Below are positions 53,338 to 61,659 of a DNA stretch of 61,659 bases, piece by piece; the stretch's first letter is position 1, and every line of letters starts with the position of its first letter. The notes below the pieces were generated by a model. The model saw only the letters and a program-made list of their open reading frames with translations, was not told where the DNA came from and ran no database searches. The stretch comes from Candidatus Limnocylindrales bacterium. Lineage in GTDB: Bacteria > Chloroflexota > Limnocylindria > Limnocylindrales > CSP1-4. The position numbers and the translations under genes were made by a program. The stretch covers positions 1-61,659 of the forward strand of contig JBIOII010000003.1 in NCBI GenBank assembly GCA_044449785.1. The letters are read 5' to 3'.

Positions 53338-54194
53338 GAAACGAGCTTCTCGATGGGCAGGATCAGGATCCCGGAGGCGCCGGCGGCCTTGAGGCGCGGC
53401 AGCAGCGACCACACCTGATCGGCCTCAACGACCGAGTGGATGGCGCACATGCCTTCGTGCGCCAGCGGAATGATCGAGGGCGACTCAAGCCCCGGCAGCA
53501 GGTCCTCGAGCTCGGCGAGCTTCGCCTTGGGCGCGTTCATCATCAGGTATTTGCGGTCGCGAGCGGCTAGCGTCGCGCCGAGCATCGTCCGGATCGTGTC
53601 CAGTTCATCGGGGCGGTCATCGAGCGCAGTCTGGTTGGCCAGCAGCACCGCCTCCGAGGCGAATACCTCTTCGATAGGCTGGAGGCCATTGACGACAAGA
53701 GTTGACCCGGTGGAGACGAGATCGACGATCGCTTCGGCGAGGCCCAGGCGCGGCGCGACTTCGGCGGCGCCGGAAACCGGGATCACATCGACAGGGATCG
53801 AACGCCCCTCGAAGAACCGTTTCGTAAGTGAGATGTGCGACGTCGCGACGCGAAGTCCTGCCAGGTCCTCGGCGGCTCGAAAGGGCGAGCCGTTGGGAAC
53901 CGCGATCGTCAGGCGGCATTTGCCATAACCGAGAGTCCGGAGCTGGGGCACGTTCGATCCCGACTCCGCCACGAGATCTAGCCCGGTCACACCCAACTCG
54001 GCGACGCCGTCGCTCACGAACTCGACGACGTCGTTGGTGCGAACGAACAGGATGTCGAGGTCGAAGTTCTGGACCCGCGCCACGAGCGCTCGCTCGCCGG
54101 CCTCGAAGACGAGCCCGGCATCGCGGAGGAGAGCAACGGTCGGTTCGACCAGCCGGCCTTTGTTGGGAATTGCCAGCCGCAGGCGTCGGGTCAT
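53334..54194 (-). CDS. hisG: ATP phosphoribosyltransferase, long form
   Basis: AIPNKGRL, VRTND, GVTGLD, GAAEVAP.LG.AEAIVDLVSTGSTL; C-terminal regulatory domain. Confidence 0.96.
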   Translation of the reverse strand: MTRRLRLAIPNKGRLVEPTVALLRDAGLVFEAGERALVARVQNFDLDILFVRTNDVVEFVSDGVAELGVTGLDLVAESGSNVPQLRTLGYGKCRLTIAVPNGSPFRAAEDLAGLRVATSHISLTKRFFEGRSIPVDVIPVSGAAEVAPRLGLAEAIVDLVSTGSTLVVNGLQPIEEVFASEAVLLANQTALDDRPDELDTIRTMLGATLAARDRKYLMMNAPKAKLAELEDLLPGLESPSIIPLAHEGMCAIHSVVEADQVWSLLPRLKAAGASGILILPIEKLVS

Positions 54195-54517
54195 CGAGCC
54201 GCCTCTCCGGTGGTGGGTCCTTTGGCCAGCCGCAACCGTTCGAGCGCGGCCGTGTAGCCGCCTTCACCGTGGTGAAGCCATTGGGCGATGCGAGTTATCG
54301 TCGCCGTGCTCGCGCCGGTCCGGCTCGAAATCTCCGCGTAGTGCATGCCGGCGTCGAGCTGCCGGACGACGGCCCAGCGCTGGGCCATGTCGTGAAGCTC
54401 ACCCAACGTGCAGAGGTCGCGGAAGAAGGCGGAGGCCTCGTCGGGCGTTTCGAGACGCAAGATCGCCTCGAACAGCTCGCCCACGGCCTCGTTGCGCCAG
54501 GCTTCCATTGCGCTCAT
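54191..54517 (-). CDS. YerC/YecD TrpR-like transcriptional regulator (HisR-like)
   Basis: FFRDLCT..EL..MAQRW.V, YAEIS..TGASTATITRIA..L..G.GGY; first gene of the his operon. Confidence 0.9.
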   Translation of the reverse strand: MSAMEAWRNEAVGELFEAILRLETPDEASAFFRDLCTLGELHDMAQRWAVVRQLDAGMHYAEISSRTGASTATITRIAQWLHHGEGGYTAALERLRLAKGPTTGEAAR

Positions 54518-54580
54518 CGTCGTTCCTCATGATCGGTCCGGCCGGGCTGGCAGTCTGTGCGACCCTCAGGTCCGTGCTGG

Positions 54581-54605
54581 TGTAGTAGCATAGTAGCATG
54601 CTACA
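54581..54605. promoter_or_regulatory. Candidate HisR operator overlapping divergent -10 elements
   Basis: Tandem TAGTAGCA x2 (54583-54598) and palindrome GTAGCATGCTAC (54593-54604); TAGCAT -10 on + (54586-54591); TGcTACTAT on - (54598-54590). Confidence 0.65.
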
Positions 54606-55368
54606 ACAAAGGCAATCGGGAAGAGCGGCACGGTTCGAGCTTCTGCCGGCGATCGACCTGCGCGGAGGTCAGGTCGTTCGGCTGGCCGAAGGGGATTTCG
54701 CCCGCCAGACCGTGTACGGCAACGATCCGGCCGAAACTGCGCGCGGGTTCGCCGAGGCCGGCGCCCGCTGGATCCACGTCGTGGACCTCGACGGGGCCAG
54801 TTATGGGGTGCGACGCGAGGAAGAAGAGGTTGCACGCATCGTCGCCGCGGCCGGGCGGGGAGTTCGGTGCGAAGTCGCCGGCGGTCTGCGGGACGAGCAG
54901 GCCGTCGCGGCCGTGCTGGACATCGGGGCCGCGCGTGCCGTCGTCGGAACTGCGGCTCTCCGTGACCCCGACTTCGTCGAGCGGCTAGTAGCGCGCTTCG
55001 GCGCGGACCGCGTTGCCGTCGCCCTGGACGTCCGCGACGGCCGGGCGGTCGGCGACGGCTGGGTCCGCGGCGTGCCGGGCGTGCCGGTCGAGGCGGCGCT
55101 GGCCGCGTTGTCGGATTGCGGCGTCCGCACCTTCGTCGTCACTGCGATCGAGCGCGACGGTTTGCTGACGGGACCGAACCTGGATCTGCTCGGCCGAATG
55201 GTGGAACAGAACCGCGGCGACATCGTCGCTTCGGCCGGCGTTTCGTCGATGGCAGACCTCGAGGCTGTGCGGTCCATCGGGTGCGTCGGCGCCGTGGTTG
55301 GCCGAGCGATCTACGACGGGCGGCTCGACCTGGCGGATGCCGTGCGACGCTTCGATGGCGGCCGCTAG
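54598..55368 (+). CDS. hisA: ProFAR isomerase
   Basis: PAIDLRGGQVVRL, HVVDLDGA, GGLR, VVGTAA, RDG, VVGRAIY; divergent from the his operon. Confidence 0.95.
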   Translation: MLQQRQSGRAARFELLPAIDLRGGQVVRLAEGDFARQTVYGNDPAETARGFAEAGARWIHVVDLDGASYGVRREEEEVARIVAAAGRGVRCEVAGGLRDEQAVAAVLDIGAARAVVGTAALRDPDFVERLVARFGADRVAVALDVRDGRAVGDGWVRGVPGVPVEAALAALSDCGVRTFVVTAIERDGLLTGPNLDLLGRMVEQNRGDIVASAGVSSMADLEAVRSIGCVGAVVGRAIYDGRLDLADAVRRFDGGR

Positions 55369-56678
55369 CAGGTGGGCGGCTGGGTTTTGCCGTAGTAGCG
55401 GCTGTCCGTGCCGAAGAGCTTGACGGAGAGTGGTGCGACCTTGTCCAGTTGGAGACACGTAGTAGATGCGCTTGCCGTTGACGTGGAGATGCTGTACGGC
55501 GGGCCGAGGACGTACTCGTCGTAATTCGCCGACGGCACCGATTGGGCGAAGTCGACCACGTCGGCCACCCGAGACGCCGGGAAGTTGGTGCTGACCAGAG
55601 AAGCTGCCTGGCTCATCAGATCCGGCAGCCGAACGAACATCGACGGGGAGGCCATCTTGTGCGCGACGGCGACCAGGAGTTGTTGCTGGCGGCCGGCGCG
55701 GGCCCAATCGCTGTTGCCTGACCCGTGACGAGACCGAGCGTAGGCGAGGGCATTTCGCCCATCCATGTGGTGTGGGCCGGCCGAGAGCTGGAACCCGAGC
55801 GGACCGCCGTTGAGCCAGTCGTACGTCGGATCGACGATGGTCGAGGGATTGACGATGTCGACCCCGCCGACCATGTCGATGATCTTCATGAAGCTGGCCA
55901 GGTCGAGTACACCGTAGTAGTCGATCGGGACGCCGACGAGGTAGCTCACCTCCTTGATGAGCGTCGTGACCGGTTGGTCGGGCGACTTGAGCCAGCCGTT
56001 CTTTACGTACGTCGGGATCGCGTTGATCTTGATCGTACCCTTGCCGCCCCAATACAAGGGATAGCCGGTGGTGTCTCGGGGGACGCTCACCAGCGAGATG
56101 CGCTTCGTATCCGTGTCCACGCTGACGACCATCAGCGAGTCATAGAGTGTCTCGCTTCGGGTCGGGTACGCGTCCACGCCCGCGAGCAATACCGTCAGGC
56201 GGGCGCTGGAAGGCGTGCCCTGGGGCGCCTCTGCCCCGCCACCACCGATCCTGAAGATGCCCAGATCCATCTGATAGGCGGACGCCACGAGCCAGGCTCC
56301 GGCGGCGTGGCTGGCCACGATCGCGGCCAGCAGCACCGACAGAGCAAGACGCTCGACGAACCGCGCTCGGAGGCGCCGCTCACCCGAGCCAAAGGCATGG
56401 AGCACGGCGAAGAGCCGCCACACGCCGAGGATCACGACCGCCACGAATACCGCCGCCGCCGCAGAGGGGTCGAGTAATCGCGCGAACAGGACCGTCAGGC
56501 CAGACCGCGCCGCGTAGAGGCCGATTGCGGCCAGCGCGAGGGCCGGGGTTGCGAATAGAAGCGCACTCAACCGTCGCCGGGCGTACATCTGCCCGAGCCC
56601 CGGCCAGAGGAAAGAGAGCAGGGCGGCAAGCGCCGGTGAGACCGGTCTCTTCGAATGCGCCGTTGCGGTGGAGTTCAT
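55365..56678 (-). CDS. LCP (LytR-CpsA-Psr) family protein
   Basis: LLAGVD, DSLMVV, SVPRDT, KINA, ALAYARSRH, DWARAGRQQ; N-terminal TMs (LSFLWPGLGQMY). Confidence 0.92.
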   Translation of the reverse strand: MNSTATAHSKRPVSPALAALLSFLWPGLGQMYARRRLSALLFATPALALAAIGLYAARSGLTVLFARLLDPSAAAAVFVAVVILGVWRLFAVLHAFGSGERRLRARFVERLALSVLLAAIVASHAAGAWLVASAYQMDLGIFRIGGGGAEAPQGTPSSARLTVLLAGVDAYPTRSETLYDSLMVVSVDTDTKRISLVSVPRDTTGYPLYWGGKGTIKINAIPTYVKNGWLKSPDQPVTTLIKEVSYLVGVPIDYYGVLDLASFMKIIDMVGGVDIVNPSTIVDPTYDWLNGGPLGFQLSAGPHHMDGRNALAYARSRHGSGNSDWARAGRQQQLLVAVAHKMASPSMFVRLPDLMSQAASLVSTNFPASRVADVVDFAQSVPSANYDEYVLGPPYSISTSTASASTTCLQLDKVAPLSVKLFGTDSRYYGKTQPPTC

Positions 56679-57034
56679 CTGGCAGGACTCGGATTGCCGT
56701 TGGGTGGGCCCGTCTGGACGGCCTGGGTCGCCGCCGCGTTACGCGGCCGTTTGGCGGCGGCAGCGGATCGCGTGGGCGAAGCGCAGCTTTCCTGTGTCAA
56801 GAATGGCGCTGCTCGTGCCGATGGCTGGGATGGAGGCGTCGGCTCCGGGGCCGGTCTTCACGGGCTACGGCCTCGGTCCATTGCTGCGCCACCCTACGTT
56901 CTCACCGATCAGGGCGCGAGGAACAGCGGTGGGCCAACTCCGCCGAGGCGTAGCCGGAAATGCGGGCCCTGTGCCGGCCGGTTCGGGGTTCCTATCTGTC
57001 TCCGGACAGGGAGCCGCGCTCGTACCCCTTGCTC

Positions 57035-59122
57035 CTACTCCTTGTGCGCGGCCTCCTGGGCCTTCTTGTGCGTCTCGATCACCTTCTCGGCGATGTGCTG
57101 CGGCACGTCCTCATAGCGGTCCAGCGTGGCCGTGAACGTGCCACGGCCGCCGGTGAGCGAGCGCAGTTCCGTCGCGTAGGTGAACAGCTCGGCCTGCGGC
57201 ACGCTGGCGGTGATGATTTGCATCCCGTCCTTGGCGTCCATGCCCAGGACGCGCCCCCGGCGGCCGTTGAGGTCGCGGTTGACGTCACCCATGTAGGCCT
57301 CGGGAATCCGGATCTCGACCGTCATGATCGGCTCCATCAGGGCCGGCTTGCAGTCGAGGATGCCCTGCTTGAGGGCCATCGACGCCGCGATCTTGAACGA
57401 GAGCTCGTTCGAGTCAACCGCGTGGAACGAGCCGTCGTAAAGGGTCGCCTTGAAGTCGCTGAGCGGGTAACCGGCCAGGACACCCTCGGCCGCCGCCTCA
57501 CGGATGCCCTTCTCAACGCCGGGGAAGAAGTTCTTGGGCACAGTGCCGCCGACGACACGCTCGGCAAACTCGACGCCGCCGCCTTGGTTGGGCTCGATCT
57601 CGATCCAGACGTCGCCGAACATCCCGTGGCCGCCGGTCTGCTTCTTGTACCGGCCGTGGCTCTGAGTCTTCCCGCGGATGGTCTCCTTGTAGGGGACCTT
57701 GGGCACCTTCGTCAGTATCGCCGCCCCGAATTTGCGCTTGAGGCGCTCGCCGAGGACCGCGACGTGGGCATCGCCGGTTGCCACCAGGACCTGCTCGCCG
57801 GTGTCGCTGCGGATGACGCGAGCCGACGGCTCCTCCTCGAGCATGCGCTGGAGAGCCGTGCCCATCTTGTCGAGGTCGGCCTTCGTCTGGGGCTCAATCG
57901 CCACCTGCAGCGTCGGAATCGGGAAGGTCAATGGCGGCAGAACGTACGACTGCTCCCGGCTGGCGCACAGCGTGTCGCCCGTGCCGGTCACAGTGAGCTT
58001 GGCCACTGCGCCGATCTCGCCGGCGTGGAGTTGCCCGACGGTTTCCTGGTCCTTGCCGTGGAGCAGGAGCAGCTGCCCGAGGCGCTCGGCCTCGTTCCGG
58101 GTGGAGTTCCAAGCCTGACCCTGGCCCTGAAGCGTTCCGCAGAGGACCCTCAGGTACGTGAGCCGGCCGACGAACGGGTCGGCGGTCGTCTTGAAGACTC
58201 GGGCGACGAGCGGTCCCGCCGCGTCGGCCACGACCTTGACTTCCTTGCCCTTCGAGTCCACCGCCGTGAACTCACCGAGCTCAGCCGGGGAGGGCAGGTA
58301 ATGGACCATGGCGCCTATGAGCGCCCGAACCCCAATGTCCTTCGAGGCGCTGCCGACCATAACCGGCGCCACCATGCCGGATCGAATGGCCTTGTGCAGA
58401 CACGTCTCGAACTCCGCGTCGGTGATCTCGTCGCCCTCAAGGTACTTGGTCATGACGTCGTCGTCCGCCTCGGACGCGGCCTCGAGCAGCTGGTCGCGGC
58501 GGGCGTCGACCTCGGCCGACAGGTTCGCGGGGACGGCCACTTCGGCTTCCTTGCCGCCCTGCATCTGGTATGCCTTGCGATGGAGCAGGTCCACGTAGCC
58601 GGTGAACGACTCGGCCGTGCCGATGGCGACGTGGAGCGGCGCGATCTTCTGACCGAAAGTCTTGCGGAGCGCATCCAGCGCGGCCGCGGGGTTCGCGTTC
58701 TCCCGATCGCATTTGTTTATGAAGAAGAGCGCCGGGCGGCCGTTCGCGCGGGCCAGCGCAACGGCCGACTCGAGACCGGCTTCGACGCCACCGGACGCGT
58801 CCATCAGCAGGACTGCGGCGTCCGTAGCCGCGAAGCCTTCGACGACCTCGGCGGCGAAGTCGGCGTATCCGGGGGTGTCGACGAGCTGGATTCGAGTGCC
58901 TTCGTGCTCGAGGCTGGCTACCGCGAGGGTCAGCGACTGCTTGCGCTTCTGCTCTTCGGGCTCGTAGTCGAGGCTGGCCGTTGCGTCGTCCACACGGCCG
59001 AGCCGCGTGATCGCTCCGGCGTCGAAAAGGAGCCGCTCCGCCAGCGTCGTCTTGCCTGCACCGGCGTGCGCGGCCAAAACGACGCTGCGAAGGTGGGGGA
59101 GGTCGACACTCTTGGTTGTCAT
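57035..59122 (-). CDS. Elongation factor G-like protein (EF-G2 type)
   Basis: G1 AHAGAGKTT, G3 DTPGYADF, G4 NKCD; domain IV KKQTGGHGMFGD; DGSFHAVDSNELSF; ELRSLTGGRG. Confidence 0.93.
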   Translation of the reverse strand: MTTKSVDLPHLRSVVLAAHAGAGKTTLAERLLFDAGAITRLGRVDDATASLDYEPEEQKRKQSLTLAVASLEHEGTRIQLVDTPGYADFAAEVVEGFAATDAAVLLMDASGGVEAGLESAVALARANGRPALFFINKCDRENANPAAALDALRKTFGQKIAPLHVAIGTAESFTGYVDLLHRKAYQMQGGKEAEVAVPANLSAEVDARRDQLLEAASEADDDVMTKYLEGDEITDAEFETCLHKAIRSGMVAPVMVGSASKDIGVRALIGAMVHYLPSPAELGEFTAVDSKGKEVKVVADAAGPLVARVFKTTADPFVGRLTYLRVLCGTLQGQGQAWNSTRNEAERLGQLLLLHGKDQETVGQLHAGEIGAVAKLTVTGTGDTLCASREQSYVLPPLTFPIPTLQVAIEPQTKADLDKMGTALQRMLEEEPSARVIRSDTGEQVLVATGDAHVAVLGERLKRKFGAAILTKVPKVPYKETIRGKTQSHGRYKKQTGGHGMFGDVWIEIEPNQGGGVEFAERVVGGTVPKNFFPGVEKGIREAAAEGVLAGYPLSDFKATLYDGSFHAVDSNELSFKIAASMALKQGILDCKPALMEPIMTVEIRIPEAYMGDVNRDLNGRRGRVLGMDAKDGMQIITASVPQAELFTYATELRSLTGGRGTFTATLDRYEDVPQHIAEKVIETHKKAQEAAHKE

Positions 59123-59325
59123 CGGCTCATCGATCCTCTCGTGGCGTCAGATCGCATCGGTATGGCGGCGTGACGAGGGCTGCCGCCCGGCCATGATATC
59201 TCCGCGCGTCGCAGCGGACGAGGAGAGGGCGACGCGTATCCGGCCTCGCAATCGTCGTGGCGCACAGCCCGAGGCTGACCCAGTCGGGCGGCTCGGACCC
59301 TCCGTTCGGCGGTATACTCCGGCCG

Positions 59326-60072
59326 ATGTCAGGACATTCCAAGTGGTCCCAGATCAAGCGCCAGAAGGGCGCCAACGATGTCAAGCGTGGCGCCGTCTTC
59401 ACCAAGATGGGCCGCGAGATAAGCGTCGCCGCGCGCGCCGGCGGCGGGGACCCGGACGGCAACTTCCGCCTCCGCCTGGCCATCGAGCGAGCCCGCGCCA
59501 TCAATATGCCGCTCGATACGATCAAGCGGGCGATCGAAAAGGCGACCGGTGGGGGTGAAGGCGAGCAGTTCGAGGAGATCACGTACGAGGGCTATGGTCC
59601 GGGCGGGGTGGCGATTCTTGTCGAGACGGCCACGGACAACAAGAACCGCACCGCCGCGGACATTCGCTCGGTGCTGACCAAGGCTGGCGGGCAGCTTGCC
59701 GCGCCCGGCAGCGTCGCCTGGCAGTTCGAGCAGCGCGGCGTGGTCATTCTCGCTCCAGGCGGCAACACCGAGGAGCTGGAATTGCTTGCCATCGACGCCG
59801 GCGCCGACGACGTCGACACAAGCGGGGATCAGGTCGAGGTCTACACAAAGCCGACCGACCTTGAGGCCGTCCGTCGGACGCTCGAGGCGGCAGGCGTCAA
59901 GATCGAGTCGGCCGAGCTGAGCATGACCCCCAAGAACACGATCGAGCTCGACGCGACCAAGGCGCGCCAGGCGCTCAGGCTGGTCGAGATCCTCGAAGAC
60001 CACGACGACGTCCAGCGTGTGACCTCCAACTTCGAGATCCCGGAAGAAATCCTCGCCGAGGTCGGTGTGTGA
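59326..60072 (+). CDS. yebC: YebC/PmpR family protein
   Basis: MSGHSKWSQIK, YEGYGPGGVAI, TDNKNRT, DDVQRV; TATACT (59313-59318) 7 nt before ATG, leaderless geometry. Confidence 0.96.
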   Translation: MSGHSKWSQIKRQKGANDVKRGAVFTKMGREISVAARAGGGDPDGNFRLRLAIERARAINMPLDTIKRAIEKATGGGEGEQFEEITYEGYGPGGVAILVETATDNKNRTAADIRSVLTKAGGQLAAPGSVAWQFEQRGVVILAPGGNTEELELLAIDAGADDVDTSGDQVEVYTKPTDLEAVRRTLEAAGVKIESAELSMTPKNTIELDATKARQALRLVEILEDHDDVQRVTSNFEIPEEILAEVGV

Positions 60073-60707
60073 TCATCCTCGGAATAGACCCGGGGACGGC
60101 GATGCTCGGCTACGGGCTTGTCGAGCGGACCGGCACACGGCTGCGGGCGATCGATTACGGCGTCATAAAGACGCCGTCCCATATGGAGCTACCCGACCGG
60201 CTAGTGTCGATCTACCTCAGCCTGACGGACCTGATCGAGCTGCATGCTCCGGCGCTCGTAGGCGTTGAACGGCTCTTCTTCACCAAGAACGTCCAGACGG
60301 CATTCGCCGTCGGACAGGCAAGGGGGGTCGTCCTGCTCGCTGCCGCGCTGCATAACCTGGAGATCCGCGAGGCCACGCCAAACGAGGTCAAGGTCGCCAC
60401 CGCCGGCCACGGTTCCGCCTCGAAGGCACAGGTGGGACGCATGGTCCAGGCGATCCTGGGGTTGGCCGAGGTCCCCGAACCAGACGACGCCGCGGACGCG
60501 CTGGCGATTGCAATCTGCGTCGCCAATCGCGAACGGTCCGTGAGTCGCATTCCCACGGGCGCGCTCGACAGGTCCGCTCTCAAGCCTGCGCCGGGCGGTG
60601 TGACGCCCTACGAGAAGGCCGTCCGCGACGCCCTCCGCCGCGAGCGGCTGGGCCTCGGTCCCGACGGGCACGCCGCGCGCGAGCCCAAGTCGAAGACGGC
60701 TTCGTAG
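60069..60707 (+). CDS. ruvC: Holliday junction resolvase RuvC
   Basis: ILGIDPG, VERLFF, QARGV, PNEVK, DDAADALAIA. Confidence 0.95.
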   Translation: MIILGIDPGTAMLGYGLVERTGTRLRAIDYGVIKTPSHMELPDRLVSIYLSLTDLIELHAPALVGVERLFFTKNVQTAFAVGQARGVVLLAAALHNLEIREATPNEVKVATAGHGSASKAQVGRMVQAILGLAEVPEPDDAADALAIAICVANRERSVSRIPTGALDRSALKPAPGGVTPYEKAVRDALRRERLGLGPDGHAAREPKSKTAS

Positions 60708-60719
60708 GGGCCCCGGGGC

Positions 60720-61313
60720 GTGATCGCCTCGCTCGGCGGCACGGTCAGCGCCGTTTTCGCGGACTCCCTGATTCTCGAGGTTGGCGGCGTCGGCTATCGA
60801 GTCTTTGCGGCTCCCTCCTTGCTCGCGTCGACGCCGGCCGGTGGGTCGCTCAAAGTCTTCACCCACCACGTGGTGCGCGAGGATCTCCAGGCCTTGTACG
60901 GCTTCCACACGCCCGAGGAGCTGGGCTTCTTCGGCCTCCTTCTGACGGTCACCGGCGTCGGACCTAAGGTCGCTCTCGGGATTGTCGGGTCGCGGGCCGT
61001 CGGCGACCTCCAGCTGGCGATCCTGTCGGATGACCTGGCACTGCTGACGGCCGTGCCCGGTGTGGGCAAGAAGCTGGCGGCACGCGTGGTCTTGGAGCTC
61101 AAGGAGAAGGTCGCCGCCGCTGGTATCGCTGCCCACGGCGCCGGGGGCGGGCCGGCGGCCGGCGAATCCGAGGTGATGGCGGCGCTCCTGGCCCTCGGCT
61201 ACTCGGCCGGCGAGGCGCGGCAGGCATCTCGGGAGGCTTTGACGGACCTGACCGTGGGGCCCGGCCTGGAGGACCGTGTCAAGGCGGCGCTGAGGACGCT
61301 GGTCAGGGGGTAG
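60720..61313 (+). CDS. ruvA: Holliday junction DNA-binding protein RuvA
   Basis: MIASL.G, GVGY, VVRED..LYGF, VTGVGPK, VPGVGKK.A.R..LELK, LLALGY. Confidence 0.95.
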   Translation: MIASLGGTVSAVFADSLILEVGGVGYRVFAAPSLLASTPAGGSLKVFTHHVVREDLQALYGFHTPEELGFFGLLLTVTGVGPKVALGIVGSRAVGDLQLAILSDDLALLTAVPGVGKKLAARVVLELKEKVAAAGIAAHGAGGGPAAGESEVMAALLALGYSAGEARQASREALTDLTVGPGLEDRVKAALRTLVRG

Positions 61314-61659
61314 CGGAGCTCTGGGCGGCCGAGAGCCGGTCGATCCTCTCGACCAGCTCCCTCAGCGACATCGGGCCTTGGTAGGTCGAAACGACATTGT
61401 TCCCGTCGACGGGCCATGCGTCCCACACGTACCCGGGAGCAAGTGTTCCCGTATCGGCAGCGGTCACGAACAACACATAGGGCGTGCCCGGTTCTAGTAA
61501 CGGCGCGACGTCGACGTGTACCGAGTAGCACCCTACTGTCCCGCCCTCGACCGCAACGACCATCGGGCCCACGCGGGCATCTCCATGGATAACCTCGTCA
61601 ACTTGAACCGCGAAAGGCGTGTAGACGCTTCTTGGAGTGAGGACGCCCTCTTCCTTAGC
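61303..61659 (-). CDS. Hypothetical protein, 5' truncated by window edge
   Basis: Frame open from 61659 to stop at 61303 (..VYTPFAVQVDEVIHG..VEGGTVGC..LLEPGTPYVLF..). Confidence 0.6.
   Translation of the reverse strand, partial: AKEEGVLTPRSVYTPFAVQVDEVIHGDARVGPMVVAVEGGTVGCYSVHVDVAPLLEPGTPYVLFVTAADTGTLAPGYVWDAWPVDGNNVVSTYQGPMSLRELVERIDRLSAAQSSATP

Noticed and set aside
56795-56800. Perfect TTGACA on the minus strand upstream of the LCP gene
   Set aside because: No -10 hexamer at 16-18 bp spacing
56960-59173. 737-aa plus-strand ORF
   Set aside because: Antisense mirror of EF-G2 caused by codon bias

Overview
High-GC bacterial chromosome segment, mostly housekeeping genes. Gene content (T-box riboswitches, Firmicutes-like gene order, Pro/Thr-linker lipoproteins, no outer-membrane genes) suggests a monoderm, most plausibly Chloroflexota; this is inference, not a database result. 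Core blocks: nrdR-dcd-MBL hydrolase-tRNA-Arg; tRNA-Val, T-box(ACC)-thrS; infC(AUU start)-rpmI-rplT, T-box(UUC)-pheST; cvpA-mpg-mutS2-femX-like-murJ facing a class A PBP; tyrS; a his operon headed by a YerC/TrpR-like regulator with hisA split off and divergent; LCP protein; EF-G2; yebC-ruvC-ruvA. Best leads: (1) a Nur-like Fur-family regulator with a candidate operator, divergent from an ECF-type Ni/Co importer (NikMN-Q-O); (2) a HisR-like repressor with an 8-bp-periodic operator over overlapping his/hisA promoters; (3) a structured ~160-nt 6S-like ncRNA at ~2990-3150; (4) a MoaC paralogue with substituted catalytic lysines; (5) a secreted papain/C39-like enzyme coupled to a beta-propeller lipoprotein; (6) a leaderless 16-aa uORF coupled to an orphan solute-binding protein; (7) Lit-like, MgdA-like and FemX-like envelope enzymes. 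No CRISPR array, rRNA, transposase or integrase was seen. Family assignments come from motif recognition by eye, and reference residue numbers are recalled from the literature and need alignment checks.
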